62,733 bases of DNA, from assembly GCA_030535295.1 (NCBI GenBank), contig JAUMXK010000001.1:1-62733 (forward strand). The letters run 5' to 3'. Each line of letters opens with the position of its first letter. Position 1 is the stretch's first letter. Source of the stretch: Eubacteriales bacterium (GTDB lineage Bacteria > Bacillota > Clostridia > Lachnospirales > Vallitaleaceae). The notes under the pieces are model-generated. The model searched no databases. It was not told where the DNA came from and saw only the letters and a list, made by a program, of their open reading frames with translations. Positions 1 through 10,289 of this stretch are shown here, piece after piece. The position numbers were made by a program, and so were the translations under genes.

Positions 1-3000
1 ATTTGGAATACCGTAAGCGGCAAATTCCTGATTGACCAGTTGTACCGCTTCTTTTGCTTTATTGTTCTTTTTGGCAAGGTCATTGTCAACAATGATCATT
101 CTCTTAAGAGCCGCTTTCTCAAAGGAGCCGTCTACGGTTTCGTATTCTCTTAAGCTTGGGAATACTTTTAAGTGTGCATCTTTTTCCGGTTGTGGCTGTG
201 GAGTTGGTGTAGAACCATTTCCTCCTACCTCCAACCCATAGACTTCCAGCTCCGTCACTGCTAGAGATTTCCGTCTTTGTGGAGTCATCAAAATGCGAAG
301 TGCATAGGTTTCCACAGGCTTGAAGCTGACTCTATTCTTTTCCGTTGCACGAATCTCATCTTTAGTTGTTCCACCTTGTACTTCTTCTACATCAACCCAA
401 TTGGAATCTTGAGCAAGTGCCAAACTCTTATTCGGATTGACGACATTAACGCCTTGTGAATTTCTAAAATCTGTTGAAGCAACATGACCTTCAAAGTCTT
501 GTACCGGTACTTCCGGTGCTTCTTTCGGCGAGAAATATTGTACTTTGAAACTTTGTGGAATCTTACAGCCATTGTCCTCAAAGAAAGAAATATCCAAATA
601 ACTTACTTTGTGCAAGCTTGGAGTATTTTCCTTACCGAACAAAATACCGACCCATTCCGTGCCCGTTCTAGGATTTCTTTGCCAGTTTGTCCAGCGATTC
701 GCCGCCTGACTTGGCGTATATCCAAATCGGTTGTCATTTATCAGATAAATTCTGTCTGCACTGTTACCGTCTACTTTTGCATCATTGCTAAACGATGCCA
801 TCGCTTTCGGTAATTTATTTTCGGAAACTCTTTGGGAAATTAAGACCGGCTCTTTTTCCACGTATTTTCCATGGACTTCCAGCTCGATTGCCGCCAGACA
901 TTGTCCTGAAACTGTTTGCTTTAATTTCAAACGAATCGCTTGTGTTTCTTCCGCTTCCGGTAATATGATTCTATTTTGTGCCAAATCTTGAATCTCGCTA
1001 CCTTCAACCGTTTTAACCGTCTTCCAATTACTTTCCGTTGCCAGAGCATGTGTCGGAATTTCTCGCAGTTGAGATAATTTGTTCTCTTCCGGCATTTCAA
1101 AATCTTCACCGACATATACTTGCACTTCCAGTCTGCTCGGCTTTTGACATCCGCCATCTTTAAAAGGCATAAACATCAATTGGCTGACCGTCGGCAAAAT
1201 ATCACCTTCTTTCGGCAAAATAATACCGATATAGTTTTCTCTCAGTTTATTATTTCTTTGCCAATCTGACCAACGAGGAGTACTGTCGCCTTGGAATTCC
1301 TTTTTACCGTCATTGATATAACGGATTCTGTCATTCGATCCCGGATCTTTGTCATTGGTAAAGTAGGCAAATGCTTTTGCATCCGGCAAGGTAGAAAGTA
1401 GGATATCCTGCTGTCCTTGTCCTAATAATACTGTTTTTGTCAATCTTGTCTTATGGTCTTCCGATTCTAACACAAGAACGGCTTTCTTTTCCTTCGTCGG
1501 CAATACAGTAACTGCTGTGTTATCTTTACCTGTTGCTTTGACGACTCCCTCTTGTGCAGCCGGAATTTCATCTAAAGTAAGCAAAGCCGTAGCGACCGGT
1601 ATATCATTGACCGATAAGCTTTCCAATTCCGCTTTCGTATTTACCGTCACACTTTCTGTCGCCGGTATCAATTCCACTTCTGTGATATTTGACGCATTGG
1701 CAAATTTTAATTTCATGCCGACTGCTGAAACCGATTGGAAATCATAGATTACTTTATCTGTTTCTTTGCTAACCTTCGCATTTAAGCCGGAATATGGTAA
1801 TCCGGAGCCCAAAGACCACTCCGGTCTTACTTGAGGTTCCGTTCCGGTATAGTGAACAACCACTCTGCCGATATTGACCGCTGTTGCATAGGTAAATTCC
1901 AATTCTCCATTTGTTTGCGTTGCAAGAGCAACGGTATTTTTATCATTGTCAGACAATTTCTCGGCATCACTGAAGGCACTATTGTCGTAGCGTACTTCGA
2001 GTGCCGCACCTGTTACACTGGCACTGTATTCTACTTGTGCTTCGACAACCCGAACTGTAGCAATTACTTTAAAAGTATTGTCAAATACGGTCGCTGTTCC
2101 TTCCACCTTTACAATCCCCGGAGTTGCAAAACGGCTTTCCGCCAATTGCCCTTCATTCCAAGTCACTCGGAAGAACGCATCCAGTATATTGTCATTCTTG
2201 TCCACTGCAGGACGTACGGTTGGTAAGCTTGGTACGACACCTTGTCTGGTATATGTGGAATAATTAAGCAGTGCCACCACTTCATCCAGCACTTGAACAT
2301 TTACCGCTACACTGCCGACACCTTCTACATTTCCTTTTACTTGAAAATTACCCGGAGTGTTTAATTTGTCTGTCAAGCCTGTTTTATCCCACACTACATT
2401 TACATTTTCTTCCCCGGATTTCTTCACGACTTTGATTTGCTCCGGCAAAGTCAATTGGCTACTCAATTTTACATAGTAGTTTTTGCTATAACGGAATCCC
2501 AAAATATCGGAAGAGTCTTCTTTTGCACCGCTTGCATTTAAAGTCACATTTGTTCCTTCTAAGCCTGATGCACTAATGTTGACATTAATACTGCCGTTTT
2601 CACGCTTGCTACGTACGATTGCCAATACTTTACCCGAAAACGCTTCTCTATGTCCGGCATTGAATTTGGTCACATCACTTTGTTTACCATTGTCCATCGC
2701 CGCTAACTCTCCGGCACCGCTCACACGAACGGTTACATTATTTTGGGCCGTCGGTACGATATTTCCGTCGGCATCCAGTACATCAATTTCCACATAAGCC
2801 AAATCACGACCGTCTGCAGTCAATTCCGTCTTTTTCACGGTTGCTTTCAATTTTGCAGGTTGTCCTGTGGTTTGCACCATGTTTCTGCCAAAGGTATTTT
2901 CTATTTTGTCACCTTGGCTGTCATAGGCTTCTACTTCCAGTTTGCCTGCTTCATAAGGCTTGCTGAATCTATAGTATAAGTCTCTATGATTATTTTCTTT

Positions 3001-5205
3001 TCCTGTTGTCATATAGCTATGACCGGCGGTAGTCACTACCTTGGTCATCGTTTGCTCGCCTACCAATTGTCTATTATCTGTTCCTTGCGGAGTAAAGAAT
3101 AATTTTACCTTCGGAGCATTGCTGTATACTACAACATTGTTCGCACTGTTTACAATGCCTTGATGCCAAGCCGGCAACAAATGCAAGGTTGTAACATCTT
3201 TTCTCCATTGGCTGGAATAGAAGTAGTATCTGTCTTTTGGAAATCCTGCCAAATCTACAATGCCGAAATAAGAAGATTTCGGTGCAGGGAAATTATATAT
3301 TCCGTTCAGCAAACCGGCACTTGTCTTATTCCAAGGAGTCGGCTCACCCATGTAGTCAAAGCCGGTCCACACAAAATTTCCGGCAACATAATCTTTGGTA
3401 ATCACATTATACCAATCCTGCGATGCAAGTTGCCCCCAGCTTACGGTTTTTTCGTCATAAGAAGTTAAGGTAAAATTTTGATTGCTTTGGTTTCTATGCG
3501 TATACACACCTCTGCTGTTTACCGCAGAAGAGGTTTCGGATGCATAGATTTTCCATTGCGGATTTCTGCTATGTCCGGACGACAACTGATTGCTGTCTGC
3601 ATAGTTGTATCCGATGATGCCGCCCAGTTCATGCAACTTTCGAGCAATGCTCATCGCTGTCCAGTCATTGCCCTTTATCTTATTGTCACCGATGGTCGCC
3701 GGACGTGTATCATCTTCTTGCTTCATCCAAGTAGCAATTCTGCCTACAATATTCGGATAATCACCGGTCGGTTGTCCCCAGTCATTGCCTTCAAGCACCT
3801 CATTACCGGTAGACCACATAATGACAGACGGAGCATTCCTATCTCTTTTTACCATGGCCTTGGTATCAAATTCACCCCACGTCATTCCTGCCGTCTTGCC
3901 GAGAATCTCATTATCCGCTCCGATGACAGTTTTGAAAAATCCGCCATAATCATTTCTATTTCCGTTTTTATTAATTGTCCATGTATCAAATGCCTCTTGG
4001 ATTAACAAAATACCTTTTTCATTTGTCAAACGGACAAAGTCTTCCGACATCGGATTGTGGGATGCACGAACGGCATTCACACCCATCTCTTTTAGGATAT
4101 CAAGCTGTCTGGAAATCGCTTCTGCATAAGCAGCCGCACCTAAAGAGCCTTGATCATGGTGCATACAAACACCTTGTAATTTCAAATTTTGGCCGTTTAA
4201 AGAAAATCCGTTTTGAGCATCAAAATTAAACCAGCGGAATCCGAAATCTTCCACTTGTTTATCAAGTACTTCCGTTTCTCTTAATACGGTAACTTCCGCT
4301 TGATACAAATCGGGATTGCTCAAAGTCCATAATTGTGCATTATTGACTGTAAGTACCGCTGTGAAGTCCATGCTTTGTCCGCCGTTGATATCTTGAGCAT
4401 CAAGAGTCGTCGTCGCCAATACCGCTTCCGTACCTTTTTTGCGGATATCCACTTTTACGCCAATAGCAGCGGCCGCATCAGCATTATTTTTCACCCTTAC
4501 TTTTACATTTACATTCGGAGTTGTCGGGTTACTCGATACATTCGGGGTCGTCACTACAACTCCATCTTTTTCAATGTGTACAAGATTTTCTACATTCAAG
4601 TAAACATTTCGATAAATACCGCTACCGGAATACCAGCGGCTGGTAGGAACATTGTTGTTTACTTTTACCGCCAATACGTTCTCTTCCCCTACACGAAGAT
4701 CTCCTGTTAAATCAAAAGAAAACGCAGTATAGCCATAAGGATGTACGCCGAGCTTTCTTCCATTGAAGTAAACTTCGGCATTCATATATACACCGTCAAA
4801 CTCAATATAAACTTTCTTGCCTTGCAATTCGGCAGGAACTTGGAAAGTCTTACGATACCAACCGATACCACCAGGAAGATACGCACTTTCCGCTTCTCCT
4901 GAAGCAGTATAGTTTTGATGAATACTATAATCATGCGGTAAGTTTACCAAAGACCATTTTGAATCATCAAAAATATTTTGCTCTGCTGAATCCGCTTCAC
5001 CTAAGTGGAATTTCCAGTCATCCATCAATAAGTTTCTACCATCTTTCAGCTCAAGTCTGCTAATCGGCACAAACTCTTGAACAGACCGGATTTGTGTCGC
5101 ACTGTTCTCCGGAGTGTCAGCAAAAACAGTATGCGACCAGGAACTTAGTCCAATACTGAATGCCATGCCAAACGCCATGCACTTTTTGATTAATTTTGCA
5201 TTCAT
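1..5205 (-). CDS. Large secreted GH2 beta-galactosidase (BgaA-like) with Ig-like/CBM-like modules; 3' end runs off the window (>=1735 aa)
   Basis: ATG at 5205 after AGAAAGGG. Hand translation: signal peptide MNAKLIKKCMAFGMAFSIGLSSWSHTVFA, then LPHDYSI, EAESAYLPGGIGWYRKTF, acid/base motif PSVIMWSTGNE, nucleophile motif KIYASETSSA, and FVWTGFDYMGEPTPW. The frame is still open at base 1, which explains its absence from the ORF track. Confidence 0.92.
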   Translation of the reverse strand, partial: MNAKLIKKCMAFGMAFSIGLSSWSHTVFADTPENSATQIRSVQEFVPISRLELKDGRNLLMDDWKFHLGEADSAEQNIFDDSKWSLVNLPHDYSIHQNYTASGEAESAYLPGGIGWYRKTFQVPAELQGKKVYIEFDGVYMNAEVYFNGRKLGVHPYGYTAFSFDLTGDLRVGEENVLAVKVNNNVPTSRWYSGSGIYRNVYLNVENLVHIEKDGVVVTTPNVSSNPTTPNVNVKVRVKNNADAAAAIGVKVDIRKKGTEAVLATTTLDAQDINGGQSMDFTAVLTVNNAQLWTLSNPDLYQAEVTVLRETEVLDKQVEDFGFRWFNFDAQNGFSLNGQNLKLQGVCMHHDQGSLGAAAYAEAISRQLDILKEMGVNAVRASHNPMSEDFVRLTNEKGILLIQEAFDTWTINKNGNRNDYGGFFKTVIGADNEILGKTAGMTWGEFDTKAMVKRDRNAPSVIMWSTGNEVLEGNDWGQPTGDYPNIVGRIATWMKQEDDTRPATIGDNKIKGNDWTAMSIARKLHELGGIIGYNYADSNQLSSGHSRNPQWKIYASETSSAVNSRGVYTHRNQSNQNFTLTSYDEKTVSWGQLASQDWYNVITKDYVAGNFVWTGFDYMGEPTPWNKTSAGLLNGIYNFPAPKSSYFGIVDLAGFPKDRYYFYSSQWRKDVTTLHLLPAWHQGIVNSANNVVVYSNAPKVKLFFTPQGTDNRQLVGEQTMTKVVTTAGHSYMTTGKENNHRDLYYRFSKPYEAGKLEVEAYDSQGDKIENTFGRNMVQTTGQPAKLKATVKKTELTADGRDLAYVEIDVLDADGNIVPTAQNNVTVRVSGAGELAAMDNGKQSDVTKFNAGHREAFSGKVLAIVRSKRENGSINVNISASGLEGTNVTLNASGAKEDSSDILGFRYSKNYYVKLSSQLTLPEQIKVVKKSGEENVNVVWDKTGLTDKLNTPGNFQVKGNVEGVGSVAVNVQVLDEVVALLNYSTYTRQGVVPSLPTVRPAVDKNDNILDAFFRVTWNEGQLAESRFATPGIVKVEGTATVFDNTFKVIATVRVVEAQVEYSASVTGAALEVRYDNSAFSDAEKLSDNDKNTVALATQTNGELEFTYATAVNIGRVVVHYTGTEPQVRPEWSLGSGLPYSGLNAKVSKETDKVIYDFQSVSAVGMKLKFANASNITEVELIPATESVTVNTKAELESLSVNDIPVATALLTLDEIPAAQEGVVKATGKDNTAVTVLPTKEKKAVLVLESEDHKTRLTKTVLLGQGQQDILLSTLPDAKAFAYFTNDKDPGSNDRIRYINDGKKEFQGDSTPRWSDWQRNNKLRENYIGIILPKEGDILPTVSQLMFMPFKDGGCQKPSRLEVQVYVGEDFEMPEENKLSQLREIPTHALATESNWKTVKTVEGSEIQDLAQNRIILPEAEETQAIRLKLKQTVSGQCLAAIELEVHGKYVEKEPVLISQRVSENKLPKAMASFSNDAKVDGNSADRIYLINDNRFGYTPSQAANRWTNWQRNPRTGTEWVGILFGKENTPSLHKVSYLDISFFEDNGCKIPQSFKVQYFSPKEAPEVPVQDFEGHVASTDFRNSQGVNVVNPNKSLALAQDSNWVDVEEVQGGTTKDEIRATEKNRVSFKPVETYALRILMTPQRRKSLAVTELEVYGLEVGGNGSTPTPQPQPEKDAHLKVFPSLREYETVDGSFEKAALKRMIIVDNDLAKKNNKAKEAVQLVNQEFAAYGIPN

Positions 5206-5303
5206 GTTTTACCCTTTCTGTAATGTAGTTTAAAAAGTTAATTCGTCCCTTATATGTTACAATTTTTGAAATGTTTTTTCAAGTTGTTTTACTATTTTTG
5301 ATT

Positions 5304-5338
5304 AAACCACCAAAAAAAATAATTTTTTTTGGTGGTTT
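5304..5338 (-). terminator. Hairpin downstream of hemZ
   Basis: AAACCACCAAAAAAAA...TTTTTTTTGGTGGTTT inverted repeat. Confidence 0.6.
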
Positions 5339-5388
5339 TTACAATGGAAAAATTGTCTTTTTAAATTCACTTAACACAGGTTAATATT

Positions 5389-6786
5389 TTACAAGAAAAA
5401 AGATAACTTACTTTTTAGTTTCTCTTCCAACGATATTTCGTAAGCATGCCATTCTTTCGGCATCTCAAAACGAGTAATCTTCTTACCGATTATGTTTTTG
5501 GAAATAGAACCTGCCCCCAATGCAATGACAGGCTCTCTTTCAAGCATGGTTTCAATGTTGTAAGCACATTCTGTTCCCTCCAAAGCATAACCGACATTTT
5601 CAAAATATATATTCTTTTGCCGATAAAGGTAGTACGGCTTTCGACCGCTGTTTTGCAAGACTTCTTGTGCATACTGAAGCATATCGCCAATCTCCTGACT
5701 GATGGCACTCATCTCCTCCTTATCTCTGCTGCTTAAGTCTGCTCCCCTTTTGGGAGTGAGGGTATGAACGGTTATGTTTTCCGGTCCCAGTTCAAGCACT
5801 TGAGAAAGGGACTGCCGAATTTCCTCCATCCCCTCCTCTTTGAGCCCGAAAATCAAATCCATATTGACGGTAAATCCTCTTTGCTTTGCCAAATGATAGG
5901 CCTTTATCACTTCCTCTACACTATGCCCTCGTCCTATTTTCTGTAAGGTCTGGTCATGGAAACTTTGCGGATTGATACTGATTCTATCTACACCATATTG
6001 TTTCATTACATCCAGTTTTTCCTCTGTAATCGTGTCCGGTCTGCCGGCTTCTACGGTAAATTCTTCCAAATCGATCAAAGGTAACTCACTCCTAATCTTA
6101 ACAAGCAAACGTTCCAATAATTCAGCGCTTAGGACAGTCGGCGTTCCTCCCCCGATATAAAGACTGCGGATTCTTCTTTGTTGCCACAATGGCTTTAGAT
6201 AGTCAATTTCTTTTTCCAATAAATTAACATATCTCTCCAGTTTCTCATCTCCTTCTTTTACCACACCTGCTACAAAAGAACAGTAATAGCAACGACTCGG
6301 GCAAAAGGGAATTCCAATGTATATGTGTGCCGCCGGTTTCTCCGATACTTTTTTCGTATTCTGAAAGAGATATTTATTTTCCACTTGTAACACCTGCCAT
6401 AAAGCAACCGCTTTTTCCCGACTGATTCGATACCCCTGCCATAGGGTATCACAAAAATCCTCCAAATTTAAATCCGGATTTTTTTGCCAAATCAAGCGAG
6501 CCAACTTACTTGGACGAATACCGCTGATGACTCCCCATGGCAAAGTTCGGCCTTCCTGTTCTCGGTAATAATCAGAGCAAAACTTTTTAACGGCATAGAT
6601 ATCCTTTTCGATTTGATGCTCCTCCTGCTTATGCCTAACCCGAAAATACCGGTCTTTTTCTTCTATATACCATTCCGCTTGTCCATCATCTTGTCCGACA
6701 AACCACTCCGCCTCTCTGCTTAGTGTCAAAAATAACGGGTGCATGGTATGATGAAGCCTTTCACTGCTATATCCTACTTTCATCAT
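5389..6786 (-). CDS. hemZ: HemZ radical SAM (coproporphyrinogen dehydrogenase-like) protein
   Basis: LPWGVISGIRPSK, YIGIPFCPSRCYYCSF (CxxxCxxC), YIGGGTPT, EFTVEAGRPDTIT, PYYLYRQKN; usual position after relA/MBL. Confidence 0.9.
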   Translation of the reverse strand: MMKVGYSSERLHHTMHPLFLTLSREAEWFVGQDDGQAEWYIEEKDRYFRVRHKQEEHQIEKDIYAVKKFCSDYYREQEGRTLPWGVISGIRPSKLARLIWQKNPDLNLEDFCDTLWQGYRISREKAVALWQVLQVENKYLFQNTKKVSEKPAAHIYIGIPFCPSRCYYCSFVAGVVKEGDEKLERYVNLLEKEIDYLKPLWQQRRIRSLYIGGGTPTVLSAELLERLLVKIRSELPLIDLEEFTVEAGRPDTITEEKLDVMKQYGVDRISINPQSFHDQTLQKIGRGHSVEEVIKAYHLAKQRGFTVNMDLIFGLKEEGMEEIRQSLSQVLELGPENITVHTLTPKRGADLSSRDKEEMSAISQEIGDMLQYAQEVLQNSGRKPYYLYRQKNIYFENVGYALEGTECAYNIETMLEREPVIALGAGSISKNIIGKKITRFEMPKEWHAYEISLEEKLKSKLSFFL

Positions 6787-6849
6787 AACTCCTTTTTTCT
6801 AACGTTCAACATTTGAACTCTGTGTTTTTTATCTTAACAATCTTTTTTC

Positions 6850-6885
6850 AAAAAAAGAAGCTGCATTTCCCTCTTGGAATGCAGC
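6850..6885 (-). terminator. Intrinsic terminator after relA-MBL
   Basis: GCTGCATT...AATGCAGC stem followed by a U-run on the minus strand. Confidence 0.6.
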
Positions 6886-6894
6886 CGCCTTGTT

Positions 6895-7542
6895 TTATAA
6901 TAACCAAAAACCTTCTTCCGACAGAAAAGGATTGGTTGCCTTTTCATTACCTATTGTGGTATTTAAGCCATGCCCGGAATAAACTACGGTTTCATCCGGT
7001 AAAACCAACAATTTTTCTTTGATATTGTTTAGTAAATCCGTTTTTTCTCCTTCATATAAATCCACTCTGCCAACACCTTGGCGAAAAAGAGTATCTCCGG
7101 AAAAAACACAACCGGCTTCCTTCATATAATAGCAAATACTATAGGGAGAATGCCCAGGAACTAAAAGAGTGTCAAAAACCAATCCATCTCCAAAGTCCAG
7201 CCTTTGTCCACCATCTACCAAATAATCAGCTGTAGCGGTAATCGCTCTGCCGGCATAGATGGAGGAAAGATTGGAGTCTTTATCTTCCAACATTTCTTTT
7301 TCTCCTTTGGGAACATAGGATGGTACCCCGAAGGCTTCTCGAATGGCATCGACCGCACCGATATGGTCATAATGAGTATGTGTCACCAAAACGGCCTTAA
7401 TCGTCAACTCAAGATTTCGGATTTCCTGTATCAAGTCTGCCGCATCGTCACCCGGATCTACAACTACTGCTGTCTTATTTTCGCTGATGACGAAAAAACA
7501 ATTTTCTCTTAAAGGACCGGTAATTTTTTTTAAAACTTTCAT
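6895..7542 (-). CDS. MBL-fold metallo-hydrolase (glyoxalase II-like)
   Basis: THTHYDHIG, PGHS, FSGDTLF, YSGHG motifs. Confidence 0.92.
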   Translation of the reverse strand: MKVLKKITGPLRENCFFVISENKTAVVVDPGDDAADLIQEIRNLELTIKAVLVTHTHYDHIGAVDAIREAFGVPSYVPKGEKEMLEDKDSNLSSIYAGRAITATADYLVDGGQRLDFGDGLVFDTLLVPGHSPYSICYYMKEAGCVFSGDTLFRQGVGRVDLYEGEKTDLLNNIKEKLLVLPDETVVYSGHGLNTTIGNEKATNPFLSEEGFWLL

Positions 7543-7553
7543 CTGAAACTCCT

Positions 7554-9785
7554 TTATCCTTTGGTACGAATCACTTCAAAGACTCCTTCAATACCATTGA
7601 TTTTTCTAAGCAAATTCTCCAGTTCCTGTTTCCCTCGAATTTCAAGAGACAAGGTCGTTACCGCATGGGTGACATCGACCTTTCTGGCACTGAAATTGAG
7701 CAAATTGATTCCTGCATCGGCAATCACACGGCTGATATCAACAACCAGCGCCGGCCTATCTGCCGAAACAATTTGGACATCTACCTTGTAGGTCAAGTCT
7801 TTCTTCTCTGTCGCTTCTTGCTGCCACTCAGCATCAATCAGACGTTCTCTTTCGTCCAGACTCATTCCGATAATATTCTCGCAATCCGTTCTGTGAATAC
7901 TGATTCCACGGCCACGTGTCACATAACCCACAATTTCATCGCCCGGAATCGGCGTACAACATCTGGAGAAACGCACTGCCAAATCTTCGATACCCTTTAC
8001 CACAATTCCTGATTTGGTTTTCTTTGGACTGACTTTTTGGGTTTCTACCACTTCTTTTAAGATTTCTTCCGGTTTCCGTTCCTTATGAATATCTCTTTCA
8101 TAGTAGGTCAGCATCTGATTGATAACTTGACCTTCCTTTAGCCCGCCATGGCCAATTGCTGCCAAAATCGAATCCCAGTCCTGAAAGCCGTAGCGCTGCA
8201 TGGCCTTTTTCTGATATTTCGAAACCATGACTTTATCTAACGGAATATTCTTTACCTTTGCACCTTTTTCCAGCAATTCCTTGCCACGCAATATATTCTC
8301 TTCTTTGTTTTCCTTACGAAACCAAGCATTAATCTTGTTTTTCGCCTGCGTACTCTTGGCTATTTTCAGCCAATCCCGACTCGGTCCCTTGGAATTTTGG
8401 GAAGTCAAAATTTCTATTTGGTCGCCATTTTCAATGGTATAATCAAAAGTGACAATTTTTCCGTTGACTCTGGCACCCACCATCTTATTTCCAATGGCAC
8501 TGTGTATCATATAGGCAAAGTCAATCGGAGTGGAGCCGCTTGGCAAATTATATACTTCCCCTTTCGGCGTAAATGCATATACTTGGTCATTGAACACGTT
8601 AAGGTCTGTTTTTAAGGCATCCATAAACTCCTTATTATCGGACATATCTCTCTGCCATTCCAGAATTTGACGCAACCAGTTGAGTTTTTGCTCTTCTTTG
8701 ACCGCCGTACTGACACCGCTTTGATTTTCCTTATACTTCCAATGGGCTGCGATACCGTATTCTGCAGTCTTATGCATTTCTACGGTACGGATTTGCATTT
8801 CAAACGGCTCACCGCCCGGCCCGATTAAAGTCGTGTGCAGCGATTGATACATATTGGATTTCGGCATAGCAATATAGTCTTTGAATCTACCCGAAATCGG
8901 TTTGTACATTTCGTGAATGACACCAAGCACTCCATAACAATCTTTAATCGAATCCACAATTGCACGAATGGCAAACAAATCATAGATTTGGTCAATGGTC
9001 TTATCCTGATTGACCATTTTTTTGTAAATACTGAAAAAATGTTTTGGTCTGCCCATGACTTCCGCTTTAATACCGGCATCTTCGATATGCTTTTTGACAT
9101 CCCGAACAATTCCTTGAATAAAGTCATTGCGCTCGCTGAATTTCTTTGCCACCTTTTCCTTGATGTCATTATATGCAATATCATCCAGATATTTTAGGGA
9201 TAAATCCTCAAGTTCTGCCTTAATCCTGCTGATACCCAAACGGTTGGCAAGCGGTGCATAGATACTCAAGGTTTCCGTAGAAATTCGAAGTTGTTTTTCT
9301 TTCGGCATAGAGCGCATTGTTTGCATATTGTGTAAGCGGTCCGCCAATTTGATGAGAATTACTCGGATATCTTTTGCCATGGCAAGAAACATTTTACGAT
9401 AATTTTCCGCTTGAATTTCTTCTTTGGAGCTCTCATTATACGGAAGATTGGTCAATTTGGTTACACCATCTACCAACAGCGCAACCTCCGAACCAAACAT
9501 CTCTTTTATTTCTTCTATACTATATACAGTATCTTCCACCACATCATGTAAGATACCCGCAGTAATCGACTCTTTATCCAGCTCCAAATCTGCCAAAATA
9601 CAGGCAACCGACAAAGGATGAATGATGTATGGTTCACCGGATTTGCGTAATTGTCCTTCATGCGCACCTTTTGCCAAATGATAGGCCTTTTCAATCATAG
9701 TGACATCTTCCGATGGATGATACTTACGAATTTTATTAATTAGAACTTGATATAGTTCATCCGGCGTATATGTTTGCATTTCCAT
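7554..9785 (-). CDS. relA: Bifunctional (p)ppGpp synthetase/hydrolase Rel
   Basis: HD hydrolase (RKSGEPYIIHP, ILHDVVED), synthetase (RFKDY, YQSLHTT), TGS and ACT domains. Confidence 0.97.
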   Translation of the reverse strand: MEMQTYTPDELYQVLINKIRKYHPSEDVTMIEKAYHLAKGAHEGQLRKSGEPYIIHPLSVACILADLELDKESITAGILHDVVEDTVYSIEEIKEMFGSEVALLVDGVTKLTNLPYNESSKEEIQAENYRKMFLAMAKDIRVILIKLADRLHNMQTMRSMPKEKQLRISTETLSIYAPLANRLGISRIKAELEDLSLKYLDDIAYNDIKEKVAKKFSERNDFIQGIVRDVKKHIEDAGIKAEVMGRPKHFFSIYKKMVNQDKTIDQIYDLFAIRAIVDSIKDCYGVLGVIHEMYKPISGRFKDYIAMPKSNMYQSLHTTLIGPGGEPFEMQIRTVEMHKTAEYGIAAHWKYKENQSGVSTAVKEEQKLNWLRQILEWQRDMSDNKEFMDALKTDLNVFNDQVYAFTPKGEVYNLPSGSTPIDFAYMIHSAIGNKMVGARVNGKIVTFDYTIENGDQIEILTSQNSKGPSRDWLKIAKSTQAKNKINAWFRKENKEENILRGKELLEKGAKVKNIPLDKVMVSKYQKKAMQRYGFQDWDSILAAIGHGGLKEGQVINQMLTYYERDIHKERKPEEILKEVVETQKVSPKKTKSGIVVKGIEDLAVRFSRCCTPIPGDEIVGYVTRGRGISIHRTDCENIIGMSLDERERLIDAEWQQEATEKKDLTYKVDVQIVSADRPALVVDISRVIADAGINLLNFSARKVDVTHAVTTLSLEIRGKQELENLLRKINGIEGVFEVIRTKG

Positions 9786-10089
9786 TCCTCCTTTCGATTT
9801 TTATTATTACATTATATCATACTTGGCTACAATCCAACAATCCATATTCAAAAATATTCTTTTTCAATGTGACCCTTTTCCCTAAAAAAAGCAGATGTAA
9901 ATTTCTTGCTCTTTTGGAGTAAATTCTCTATTAGTTTTCAAGTATAGTCTTTCTCACTCTTCTTGTCAAGATGCTATCCGTTTATTATTTCGCAAATTTT
10001 CCGGTTGGAACTTTCTTGTATTCTATTGGCTGCTATTATATCATTTCTAAAAACCTAAAAAAAACTAAAGTATTTCTTATATTTTAGGC

Positions 10090-10117
10090 TAAGTAAAGTA
10101 TCTTTGTCATCCGATAA
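10090..10117 (+). promoter_or_regulatory. Possible sigma28 (SigD/FliA) promoter of the MCP
   Basis: TAAG-N16-TCCGATAA resembles TAAA-N15/16-GCCGATAA and lies upstream of a chemoreceptor. Confidence 0.45.
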
Positions 10118-10289
10118 TTCTAAAAGACAGGATAAAAGTTCGGAAAAAGAATCCTGCTTTTTGATTATAAAATAATCCAGAATTCTTTTTTCGTTTTTTA
10201 TCTACCGCAGAAGCTGTTGTGTCAGGTGCAACGGTAACAGTCACTGCTTTGTAAGGACATATATTTTTCAGCTAGTTTAGGAGGCACAA

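Noticed and set aside
32-4710. Many short ORFs listed between 32 and 4710
   Set aside because: They are antisense or off-frame shadows of the long minus-strand GH2 gene.
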